Assembly: GCA_965197475.1 (NCBI GenBank)
Contig: CBDANF010000003.1
Coordinates: forward strand, 96,001-160,000
Length of the DNA stretch: 64,000 nt
Origin: Candidatus Poribacteria bacterium
GTDB lineage: Bacteria; Poribacteria; WGA-4E; WGA-3G
Reading direction: 5' to 3'
The first letter of the stretch is position 1; each line of letters opens with the position of its first letter. Positions 10,162 through 19,712 of this stretch are shown here, piece by piece. The notes beneath the pieces are model-generated. The model searched no databases. It was not told the DNA's origin and saw only the letters and a list, made by a program, of their open reading frames with translations. Made by a program: the position numbers and the translations under genes.

Positions 10162-11520
10162 TTATCTACCCACGCCGATGTAATGGAAGCCAGCATTCAT
10201 CGCTTCTTGTGGTGAAAAAACGTTCCGTCCATCTATGAGGATTGGTGTCTTCATTTGTTTGGCAAGTTTGCGCAGTTCCAGTTTATGATAAAGTTCCCAT
10301 TCAGTAACAAGCACTAACGCATCTGCGTTGTGAGAGAGTAGGTACACATCTTCAATGAAGTCAACAGAGATATCGCACACGGCTTGCTGCGCGTTTGGAA
10401 TGGCAATTGGGTCGTGTGCGCGGACGTTCACACCTTCAGCAACGAGTTGGCGGATAATATCAAGCGCGGGAGCTTCTCGAATATCGTCTGTATTCGGTTT
10501 AAAAGCGAGTCCAAGGATACCGATAGTTTTCCCGTTGAGTGATTTCAAAGCAGATCGTAACTTCTCCACAATTCGTTTGCGCTGTTCAAAGTTAACAGTA
10601 CGTGCTGCCTCTGTAATTGGCATTTCGTATCCAGCTTGTGTCGCTACGCCTAATAAGGCAGCAGTATCTTTCGGATAGCAGCTACCACCCCAACCCAAGC
10701 CAGCACGGAGGAATCTATGTCCGATACGCGAGTCAAGACCAATGCCGCGCGCAACTTCTGTAACATCTGCCCCGACATCCTCACAGAGTCCAGCAATTTC
10801 ATTAATAAAACTAATTTTCAGGGCAAGAAAAGTGTTGGCAGCGTATTTGATCATCTCTGCACTGTTCGGATCTGTCGTCATCATCGGGGGTAGGTGGTAA
10901 GCGGCAGGACGTGGTAGCGAAATTGGTGGATCAAATGTCTGCTCCAATATCGGTTGATACAGGCGACGTAATGCGTCTAAAGCATCATCGCTGTTCGCAC
11001 CGACCACAATCCGATCTGGATAGAATGCACCTTGCAATGCTAAACCTTCTTGCAAAAACTCTGGATTGGAAGCCACCGAAACATGACCTTGAATCTTGCG
11101 ATCAGAAAAGACATTTTCGACTACTTCAGCAACGCGCCTATTCGTGCCAATCGGAACAGTTGATTTGATAACAAGAGTGTAGTGCCTATCTGGATGGCAC
11201 ACTTCTGCGACCTCTCGTGCAGCTTCTTCAACGTGTCGTGTATCCGCCTCTCCATTCTTTTTTGGTGGTGTGCCAACAGCAATCATGATGAGTTCTGCAT
11301 TTGGAACCACTTCAGCGACCGTTGGTATGAAACGGATAGCGTGGCATACTTCGTCAAGAAGAGATTGAATTCCGGGTTCATGGATAGGGCTTTTTCCTTC
11401 TTGCAAAAGGCTAAGTTTACTGTTGTCTTTATCCACTGCGGCAACATCGTGGTTAAGGTAAGCAAGTACCACAGCTGTGGTCAACCCAACATATCCTGTT
11501 CCTATAATTGTTATTTTCAT
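10162..11520 (-). CDS. ugd: UDP-glucose/GDP-mannose dehydrogenase
   Basis: IGTGYVG, KSTVP, SNPEFL, GWGGSCYPKD and GLAFKPNTDDIRE motifs. Start at ATG 11520 after GAGG. Confidence 0.93.
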   Translation of the reverse strand: MKITIIGTGYVGLTTAVVLAYLNHDVAAVDKDNSKLSLLQEGKSPIHEPGIQSLLDEVCHAIRFIPTVAEVVPNAELIMIAVGTPPKKNGEADTRHVEEAAREVAEVCHPDRHYTLVIKSTVPIGTNRRVAEVVENVFSDRKIQGHVSVASNPEFLQEGLALQGAFYPDRIVVGANSDDALDALRRLYQPILEQTFDPPISLPRPAAYHLPPMMTTDPNSAEMIKYAANTFLALKISFINEIAGLCEDVGADVTEVARGIGLDSRIGHRFLRAGLGWGGSCYPKDTAALLGVATQAGYEMPITEAARTVNFEQRKRIVEKLRSALKSLNGKTIGILGLAFKPNTDDIREAPALDIIRQLVAEGVNVRAHDPIAIPNAQQAVCDISVDFIEDVYLLSHNADALVLVTEWELYHKLELRKLAKQMKTPILIDGRNVFSPQEAMNAGFHYIGVGR

Positions 11521-11659
11521 GTTCTCCCTCAAGCGAAATGCATTCCTTGCCAAATGAGTCGGGTTTTTGGCAGGAATTAACTAAACACGGTTGAAGTTGT
11601 CCAATTTTTAAGATTACATATAGATTATAGCATATCTACCATCTTTGCGTAAGTTATAA

Positions 11660-11738
11660 TAACGTGAGCTCGGCATAAGCAATTTTTAGGAATCGGTGCG
11701 GTTTCTAACCGAAAATTGCTTATACCGAGCTCACGTTA
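11660..11738. repeat. Palindromic MITE (27-bp arms) around a REP half-site
   Basis: TAACGTGAGCTCGG(C/T)ATAAGCAATTTT arms match at 26/27. The core is GGTGCGGTTTCTAACCG. Confidence 0.75.
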
Positions 11739-11778
11739 TGTTACGATCTGAGCCATTCAATTCTCCAGTAATTGCTAA

Positions 11779-12842
11779 TACCATATTAACGTAATTATTC
11801 TTGTATATATTTTTAGATATGTTATTGTGAACACATCAAAAACACTAAGCAACGGGTTTTCCCTCATTTTACGACAGAAGTTCTTAAACAAAGGCATCTT
11901 GAATGTCAATGTTCTCGGGAACGGACGCACTAGCATATCATTTGACTTCTTGCTGACACCACACATCCGAGGACACCCCGTGAAGTAGCTGATATTGTAG
12001 GTTGCACTGCGGACTGGGTTCACAAACTTCTCAAACGCTATAACGCTGCGGGTGAAGAAACCCTGCGAGACAAACGCAAAAACAATGGAAGGCATCGTTT
12101 CCTGGATGAGACGCAGCACTTGCGGCTGCACTTTCTGAGCGACCTACTGATGGCGGACTTTGGACAGGTCCTAAAGTTACTGCTTGGATATCATACCATA
12201 TCTAATTGACAAAATATCATAATAGCTTGTTTTATACCATACACCTTTCGCACCGCTGGTGCTGAGATACGATTAACTATAGCCTCGGAGAGGCGATAGG
12301 TGTTGTATAGCAGCTGATGCCTGTGTTTACCAAGCCCCAGAGGGGCGATAGGTGTCCATTTTTTCCACCGCATAACACTAAAATTGACGCATAAGGGTAT
12401 CGCAAGCTACCCGACGGACGAAATAATGCAATACAATTTCTTAGAAATGGTATCAGAGAGGCTTCAGCGTCCTGTGAGTGCTGTGTGATGAACCTTGCGT
12501 TGGCAGAGTTTGCTCGGGATGTTAATCCGGACGCGAAGAAACAAATAGTGCTATTCTTGGATTGTGCGGGTTTTCGCACAGGTAAGGATTTGGAAGTGCC
12601 TGAGGGGATTGAGCTATTTTATTTACCGCCGTATACGCCGGAACTACAGCCTGCCGAACGATATGGCCTTTGTTACGGGAAAGTGGTTGCGAATAAAGTT
12701 TTTAGAACACTTACAGCACTTGAAGAAGTGATTGTGAATCGGTGTCAAGGGTTCTCCGAAAACCAAAAGATTGTGCAGCCACATGTCGGTTTTCAGTGGA
12801 TTTGCGAAATGGAAAAACAATACCAATCACGTTAATTTGGTA
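11779..12842 (+). mobile_element. Degraded IS630-family element (transposase pseudogene)
   Basis: TAA|TACCATATTAAC...GTTAATTTGGTA|TAA. HTH remnant with in-frame stops, GGLWTGPKV, and C-terminal LDCAG...LPPYTPELQPAE (12485-12835). Confidence 0.85.
12194..12452. mobile_element. MITE with the ends of the 1181-2322 IS630, nested in the IS630 remnant
   Basis: TCA|TACCATATCTAATTGAC...TTAGAAATGGTA|TCA. Internal hairpins are shared with 28644-29076. Confidence 0.8.
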
Positions 12843-13076
12843 TAACTTTAGAAATGCCGTTTTTCAGATACGTAAGTGATTTGTCCGGATGCAGTGGTAT
12901 ATGCACAGCGCATCCACATTAATAGCTGCAAACCTTATGAATCCGTCGGTTATGGAGATAAGTCCAAGGTTCAGAGCCTCAATGAGATAAATATCTTCAG
13001 AAAGTTCTTTATTTTTCTGTTTCCAAAATTAAATCTCCCTTGTTTGCGATATTCCTTAACGGCTAAAATCTGTCTG

Positions 13077-14342
13077 CTATTCAATATACCCCAAATCCCG
13101 TAACCTACCCTCCAATATCTTTTTTTCCTCAGGTGTAGAGGCTTGCGCTTGTAAGTGTTGATAATTAGAACTCATCAAAATTTCGTCGTAAGCATCACGG
13201 AACCTGTCTGGATCTTCGCAGATCACATCTTCACCGCGCATGATATGCCGATAGACATATTCACCTGTCTGCTCATCTTCACGATAAAGAAATTCACCGT
13301 CCGTTAGCGACCAGAGACGCACTCCCTCTGTATACCTGCTAATCTCCTCGTTGTCAACAGTCGTCCGCGAAGTCACACGGTGATGTGGCATCTCCAAGTT
13401 TTTCCGACTGAGGAATCCGATACCATAAAAACTATCCAACTCCGATAATACCAAACGGTTGTCATCAATTTCTGATGCGGATAGTAAGTCTTGCCCATAT
13501 CCGTTGTAGTCGGTTTTAATTCCAGCAAGGTTTGTAATCGTTGGAAACAGATCAATAGCCGAAATCGGTGCTTTTGGAAATTCTAACGCATCCACACCAG
13601 GGATATGTGTTAACAGCGGCACATGCAGAACGTTCTGATTTAGTGTATTTCCGTGTTCAATAATTTCCTCACAAATCCCTTCACCGTGGTCTCCGAAGAT
13701 AAAAACGGCCCATTCTGGAAGTTCAAGCTGCTTTAGAATCTCAACCAACTTAAACTCAAGAATGTGTGTAGCGGCGGCGTAGTAAAATCTTAATGCTTCG
13801 TCTGTCCTACCGCTGTTTACAAGTGAACTGAGACTCGGTGCGCCTGGAATGCCACTCATGCCATAACCCCCGTGTGTATACCAAAAGTGTAGAAAACAGA
13901 AGTGTGGTGTTTCCGAAGGTTGTTTGAGATGTCGCATAAGGTCTTCAAGCGAACCAAGTTGCTGTTCTTTCGCTATAGGGTCCATAGGTGTGATGAACGA
14001 CTCATAATCAAGGAAGCGAAACACTTCAGCGCGTTCCGAACGCGCTGTTATGTGATACCCTTCATCAGCAAATATCTGAAATAGGTTCGGGATATCCTCA
14101 AACATCTTGAGGTAGGTTTGCCCATAAACGCCGTGCTCAAATGGATAGAGACCTGTAAAGTAGGAGGTATGAGAAGGACGTGTTGCAGGTGCAGCCACAA
14201 AAAACTTTTCAGCAAGCGAGAAATCTTTGGTCAGTAGATCAAACTTTGGTGTATTGAAGAAATTGTTAGTTCGACTGAGTGCGTCATAACGCCAGCAATC
14301 AATTGAGATGAGTAGAAATTTATTGACAGACTTTGTTTCCAT
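13077..14342 (-). CDS. Sulfatase-like hydrolase/transferase (alkaline phosphatase superfamily)
   Basis: ISIDCWRYD, TRPSHTSYFTG, GDHGE, LHVPL and a C-terminal RLRDLGYI. Confidence 0.85.
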   Translation of the reverse strand: METKSVNKFLLISIDCWRYDALSRTNNFFNTPKFDLLTKDFSLAEKFFVAAPATRPSHTSYFTGLYPFEHGVYGQTYLKMFEDIPNLFQIFADEGYHITARSERAEVFRFLDYESFITPMDPIAKEQQLGSLEDLMRHLKQPSETPHFCFLHFWYTHGGYGMSGIPGAPSLSSLVNSGRTDEALRFYYAAATHILEFKLVEILKQLELPEWAVFIFGDHGEGICEEIIEHGNTLNQNVLHVPLLTHIPGVDALEFPKAPISAIDLFPTITNLAGIKTDYNGYGQDLLSASEIDDNRLVLSELDSFYGIGFLSRKNLEMPHHRVTSRTTVDNEEISRYTEGVRLWSLTDGEFLYREDEQTGEYVYRHIMRGEDVICEDPDRFRDAYDEILMSSNYQHLQAQASTPEEKKILEGRLRDLGYIE

Positions 14343-14348
14343 ATATTA

Positions 14349-15707
14349 TTAATCCATTAATCGGGCATTGTATTGCCGTGCTGTGTGTTGATAACCTTCA
14401 AATTGGTCAGGATGAAAAGGATGGGGGGTGTAGATATAGACAGCATCACTATACGGGTCATATAGGATAACCTCTTCGCGTGCATCACCGCAGACATTAG
14501 CAGGAAAGCAATGATACCATCCCATTTTACCACCAGTCGGCGGTGGCAGGTCAGGGAACGTTACCACCTTATTTCCTGCACCATCATAGAGCGCAGCGGG
14601 ACTATAAATCAATTTGGGGTTGCCTAAACCATGCCAGCGGATAACCTCTAATCCTGTATTGTTCGGCGTTTCATCAACGCGGAATCGACTCCGAATTTGT
14701 CCGTTGTTGTCTACTACCATCAAGTCTGGATGATGCCCGTTATAGCGGATAACTAAGCTTGGAGACGAATCTGGCAGCAAGTTTCCACATCGGATCTCTT
14801 GCCCATGCGGAACAACGTCAAATCCGAGTGAAAGTACTGGATTACCCGCTGCGTCAATTACCTGTCCACTACCAGAGAGGATAGCCCGCATTTCACCATC
14901 CCATTCCTGAACTAAAACCGAGTCCATGTTCTCACCAAGGTATTTATCCCAAAGGACCGTTCCATCAGCAGCAAGCCCAAAATTGCCTCCGTTGACTTCA
15001 TCAAAACCATCTCCGTTGAAATCGCCAACTGCGGGGATATATGCGGAATGTTTTGGATACTGAAACCATCTATCGGTATATTGCCAAAGCAGTCCAAGCT
15101 TATGGTTAAAAGCGAGGATATTAACGCCGACCTTGACCACAAAATCTTGTGGTTGTGCGTTTCCACAGAGATTGGCAATCATCAAACGTTGATGGACATA
15201 ATTGGGGATATGACGTTCGCCATCTGCGTAGGCATTGCACTGCCGAAGTTCCTCAGATTCGACAGCGTGTTTAACAGCACCCGTTGCACCATCTAAAATC
15301 ATCAGATGGATTGCAGACAAATCCCATTTGCTCGCTTGTGCGACATCTGAATCTATCCAGAAGCAGATGACCTCTGCCTTTCCATCCGCATCAATATCGT
15401 AAATTGCAACGGGACCAGGACGGTCAGGTGAAAGTGTCGTTAGAACGGTATCTTTCGCATCTGCGTCTGTTATTTCAAGATGCCTATCCCCAATGGACCA
15501 GATCGGTTCACTTTCAAGCGTAAAAGCCCCAATGAAACACGGATGAATTCCTCCGAGAGACTTGTAGACTAAAAAATCAACTGTCCCATCACCTGTCAGG
15601 TCGCCGATACGGATATCACCACCCCACGAACGTCCTACTGTCCCATTAAGAAATGCGTCTGGAATTGCAACCCGTTTATAGAGATGTGCTGTTTGTGGCA
15701 TATTCAT
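14349..15707 (-). CDS. Beta-propeller protein with FG-GAP/Ca-binding repeats (rhamnogalacturonan lyase-like)
   Basis: GDLTGDGTVD, DIDADGKAE, GDFNGDGFDE and ANVCGDAREE repeats. Confidence 0.7.
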   Translation of the reverse strand: MNMPQTAHLYKRVAIPDAFLNGTVGRSWGGDIRIGDLTGDGTVDFLVYKSLGGIHPCFIGAFTLESEPIWSIGDRHLEITDADAKDTVLTTLSPDRPGPVAIYDIDADGKAEVICFWIDSDVAQASKWDLSAIHLMILDGATGAVKHAVESEELRQCNAYADGERHIPNYVHQRLMIANLCGNAQPQDFVVKVGVNILAFNHKLGLLWQYTDRWFQYPKHSAYIPAVGDFNGDGFDEVNGGNFGLAADGTVLWDKYLGENMDSVLVQEWDGEMRAILSGSGQVIDAAGNPVLSLGFDVVPHGQEIRCGNLLPDSSPSLVIRYNGHHPDLMVVDNNGQIRSRFRVDETPNNTGLEVIRWHGLGNPKLIYSPAALYDGAGNKVVTFPDLPPPTGGKMGWYHCFPANVCGDAREEVILYDPYSDAVYIYTPHPFHPDQFEGYQHTARQYNARLMD

Positions 15708-15720
15708 GTTTAACCAAGGT

Positions 15721-17632
15721 TTACTTTGTGTTCTCTGTTTTCAGTTCTCCCCAAAGCGTAGTCAGTCTATTTTCAGGGTCAACAGCATACGCTCTACTCG
15801 ACCAATCATAAATGAGTAAGAATTTAGACACACCATCCAATATTTTTTCATGCACACCCCCACTTAATGGAACTGCAATGTTGCTTTCAAGACCTCTATT
15901 GCCGCTGTCAATAACTTGGTAAATGATATACTTTCCATTAGGCGACCATTTAAGTCCTAAAAACCACGTGTGCTCTTGAAGTCCTTTGATGGTATGCCAG
16001 ATACGCAGGTTATGAAGTGAGACAATACGAATTTCATCTGCAATCTGTACGAAGTCATGCAGACGATCTGAAGAAAAAGCAAGTTTTTTGCCATCCGGTG
16101 AGAAAACAGGCATGCTACCTACTTTGCTGATATGTATAGTTTTTTCAGTTTTGATATTAAATACAAACACACCTTCAGCGGTGTCGTAAGCGATCTGCGT
16201 TCCATCCGGTGACCAAACGATATTGGTCGCATTTACTTCTTTTAGCAGTGTGATTTTTGGCGACGCTTTTTTCAATTCACGATGGGGTATGAAATAGATT
16301 CCTTTCCTCGGAGGTAGGTTTCCATCGTCAATCAGGCTGTTCACGAAAACGATATCTCCGTTTGATGAGATGGCGATATCGGAAACCTCATCAAATCGAT
16401 TCTGTGTTAACTTGAGTGCTTTTAGTGGAACCTGATTTGTATTATAGTAGATCCTGAAAATAAGTTTACATTTTCTGTGATTTATGTTAGCCTTTATGAT
16501 TATGGCATATTCAACAGATGGACGCAAACGCGTGCTTGATTTCATCAATAATGGTGGCAGTAAAGCCGCCGCAGAACGCACTTTTCGTGTCTCAAGAAGA
16601 ACGATCTATAACTGGTTGGAAGCAGAAGACCCCTTCGCCTGTGAAAAACCGGGACCCAAAGGTCCCCGAGATATTGATTATGACGCACTTCAGCAACATG
16701 TTGCCGATTTCCCAGATTCCACACTCGCCGAACGTGCCAAACACTTCGGTGTTTCAACAAACGGCATCTTTTATGCCTTCTCAAAACTCAATATTACGCG
16801 AAAAAAAAGACAACGACCTACAAAGAACAGTGTCCGATAAAACGCCAAGAGTATCTTTCGGCACTTCAACAAGAGACACAGGAGCATGGCAAAAAACCGG
16901 TTTATCTTGACGAAAGTGGTTTCACTGAAACCACTTTCCGTCGGTATGCTTATGCCCCGAAAGGTGTCCGTGTTGAAGATAAAGTGCCAAGCCATCGGTA
17001 TACCACCACGACGCTGATTGCGGCACGGCTTGATGGATGTTTCACAGCACCTGTGCTTTTCAAGGGCAGTTGCGATGCGGTCGCCTTCAACAGTTGGCTT
17101 TCGGAAATGTTGTGTCCATTGCTTGACGATAGCCATGTTGTGATTATGGATAATGCGTCTTTCCACAAAGGTTCACAGACAGCAGCATTGATCCGGGATT
17201 GCGGTGCAAGTTTGTTGTTTTTACCACCGTATTCACCGGAGTTGAATCCGATTGAGAAGGATTTCGCCAACATCAAGCGGATACGTCAATACAATGCTCA
17301 GACTTCTATTGATGATATTATAAAAGTGTATAAGTAATTACGGGATTTACTATAATAAGGTAAACTTCGGTTTCAAAAAACTTTTCATCGCTGGTATCAA
17401 TGATGGTGATAAGAGGGCCATTTTTTTGTGCGGATATGCCCAAGATACCACCAAAACGTATTTCATGTCTAAAAAGCAGGCGTGTCTTGTCAGCGTTGTT
17501 GATGTTGGCGATCCATAATTCGCTCCAATGAGATGGGTGTCCCAAGATTACTTCCCCAGTGATCTTGGCATGTGTTGTGAGTGGCAGGAAGAAAATCAGA
17601 CATAGACAAAGACATTTGAGAAAGTATTTCAT
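15721..17632 (-). pseudogene. Secreted TolB/PD40-like propeller protein interrupted by IS630
   Basis: Signal peptide at 17632 and WSPDG/FSPDG/WSPNG repeats. Removing 16445-17352 plus one TA rejoins TEVYLI|NTNQVPL in frame (333 aa). Confidence 0.88.
16445..17352 (+). mobile_element. IS630-family element, apparently intact, -1 frameshifted transposase
   Basis: TA|TAGTAGATCC...GGATTTACTA|TA. OrfA MAYSTD (ATG 16502), A8 run at 16801-16808, OrfB with LDESGF, MDNASFH and LPPYSPELNPIE ending at 17337. Confidence 0.92.
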
Positions 17633-17780
17633 GGTAACTCCTATTGTTCTGCGGGGATTTTAGTAGAGTTTTCCATTTTCATCGGGAATTCGCCCAAGTC
17701 AATAATTTCTTCAGTGCCTCCGGGTGAAAAAGCAGGCGGTTTTTCGAAACTATAACGCTCTATTATCTGGGGTTCTTCAT

Positions 17781-18545
17781 TTACACAAACGCTTTGAAAA
17801 GTCCAACGTAGAGGGCGAGCACCTTTTCGGGATCAGGTCCCGTATAAGCGCATTCATTAGATATATAGCCTGAGAAGCCGATGCGATTGAGCCATTCAAA
17901 CATTTGTCGGTAGAGTTCAAATGTTTCTGGCATTTCCACTTTGTGTGTATGCACCGCAGTAATATGAGGTGCCACGCGTGAAAAGAGAGATTCAATATTT
18001 CCACCTTCGCAACCGATGAATTGTGAATTGAAAACAAAACCGACGTTCGGAAGATTTACACCTTCAATCACCTCCATAGCAGAATTCGGGTCCGTGAAAG
18101 AGCCATGCATCTCAATTGAGACAGTAATATCCTTCTCGCCAGCATAGGTGCCAAGTGCTTTCAGCCCCTCAATCACGTAATTGACAACAGCGTCACGGTT
18201 TTCATCGGAATACCGATCCCCAAGCACTCGAACATGGTCACAATCCATAAATTCAGCCATGTCAATTACACGTGTAACGCGGCGGACGGTCTCTTCGCGA
18301 TCGGAAGCGTTTTCTGAGTGAAAATTTTGGCAACTCGTTAGCGAAGAAATAACAATACCACTTGCGTCAACTTGAGATTTCAATTCATTCCATGCCTCTT
18401 TGGGGGTATCCCACTCAAAACCGTGTTTCTGCTTGTAATCCATCAGCAGTTCAACACCGTGATAGCCTGTCGCCTCAGCGGTATCAAGAATTCGCTTGAG
18501 TTCCCAATCTTGACAAGTCTGATATGTATTTAATGCCCACTTCAT
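17781..18545 (-). CDS. Sugar phosphate isomerase/epimerase (xylose isomerase-like TIM barrel)
   Basis: GYHGVEL, SIEMHG and GFSGYISNE motifs. Confidence 0.85.
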   Translation of the reverse strand: MKWALNTYQTCQDWELKRILDTAEATGYHGVELLMDYKQKHGFEWDTPKEAWNELKSQVDASGIVISSLTSCQNFHSENASDREETVRRVTRVIDMAEFMDCDHVRVLGDRYSDENRDAVVNYVIEGLKALGTYAGEKDITVSIEMHGSFTDPNSAMEVIEGVNLPNVGFVFNSQFIGCEGGNIESLFSRVAPHITAVHTHKVEMPETFELYRQMFEWLNRIGFSGYISNECAYTGPDPEKVLALYVGLFKAFV

Positions 18546-18551
18546 ATAATG

Positions 18552-19622
18552 CTACTCCTGAATTGGAATCGGGTACCAGAGTCCGCCAGTTTTAGATGAT
18601 AAAGCCCTGTGCGTAGTATGATTAATGCCAATGACATCAACTATGATCTGGTTCTGTTGACACTGACGTAGAACATCTAATAGCTTGTAAGAGCCTTTGC
18701 TTGCCTCGTCGGTTACGAGGACAAAACGTCGGTTTGCCCCTTCCCGAAAAGTGACACGACGGATCGCTTTTACGATCGCATTGTGCGCGCGTTCATCCCC
18801 TGCCGCAGCAACAACATGGGAGGTTAATAGCTGTTTGTATTTTCCTACATCCCGCGTCAATTCATGAAAGATAGTATCATCTTCAAGGTATCTAAAGATT
18901 ACAATACCGAGCATAAAATCAACATCTTTTTTTTCAAATACCGTTACCATCTGATTAAGTTGTCTGCCGACAGCGCGGATATTATCTATCATGCTCCCGC
19001 TTATGTCAAGCAGAAAAACGATGTCAACGATATGCTCGCCTTTACCATCAGCAACGCTTTCAGCGATGCCTTCTAACGCTTCGCCCATCTCTCCATCGCG
19101 GTCAACAGGTTGTGCAACCTTTTCCGGTAACTGCTGCGTTGCTCCCAATTGTTCTTGTAATTTTTCAGCAATAGGCGTTATCGTAGGTGACTGAGCGTTC
19201 GCTACCGATATTGATTTCAATTCCGGGGATTCAGTTTCATTCTCGCTCAGCGATGTCTCTGCTATTGATAAATTTGCATCTGTTCCTAACCCTATCATGG
19301 ACGTATCAGTCGTGATAGGACGCGCCGAATTCATCGGTTGGGCAGCTTTTTGATCAGCAACCTGTACCTTAGCTGAAGAAACCTGACGACGCGCTGGCAT
19401 TGAACGTTTGCGTGCACTGCTTACATGGAAACGTTTAACTGTTAACACAACGATTACATCCTCAACCAAGGGTTGCGAAGAAAGCATCGGGCGATACCAG
19501 CTGATGTAACTCAAACCTGTAAGTGCTATGAAAACACCGTGCAAAACCACCGACAGTAGGAACGCACGCCGAGTTTTTCTGCGTTTTTGCTGAATTTTCT
19601 CTGAATAGACATCAAAAAGCAT
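18552..19622 (-). CDS. Membrane-anchored vWA domain protein
   Basis: N-terminal TM helix (SVVLH), low-complexity linker, DIVFLLDISGSM MIDAS motif and LVTDE. Confidence 0.85.
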   Translation of the reverse strand: MLFDVYSEKIQQKRRKTRRAFLLSVVLHGVFIALTGLSYISWYRPMLSSQPLVEDVIVVLTVKRFHVSSARKRSMPARRQVSSAKVQVADQKAAQPMNSARPITTDTSMIGLGTDANLSIAETSLSENETESPELKSISVANAQSPTITPIAEKLQEQLGATQQLPEKVAQPVDRDGEMGEALEGIAESVADGKGEHIVDIVFLLDISGSMIDNIRAVGRQLNQMVTVFEKKDVDFMLGIVIFRYLEDDTIFHELTRDVGKYKQLLTSHVVAAAGDERAHNAIVKAIRRVTFREGANRRFVLVTDEASKGSYKLLDVLRQCQQNQIIVDVIGINHTTHRALSSKTGGLWYPIPIQE

Positions 19623-19712
19623 GTCTTGTTTCTCCGGTTTAGGTGGAACCTCTATCAGATTAACGCTAATAATCCAAGAAAAGCAACGCTATTATTTTTT
19701 CAAACTATTCTT

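Noticed and set aside
11906-12190. In-frame TGA/TAG in the IS630 remnant as recoding
   Set aside because: Multiple stops, frameshifts and a nested MITE indicate ordinary decay.
12845-13045. Possible gene remnant on the minus strand next to the IS630 remnant
   Set aside because: An RBS-like GGAG and a short open stretch exist, but I could not recognise a family.
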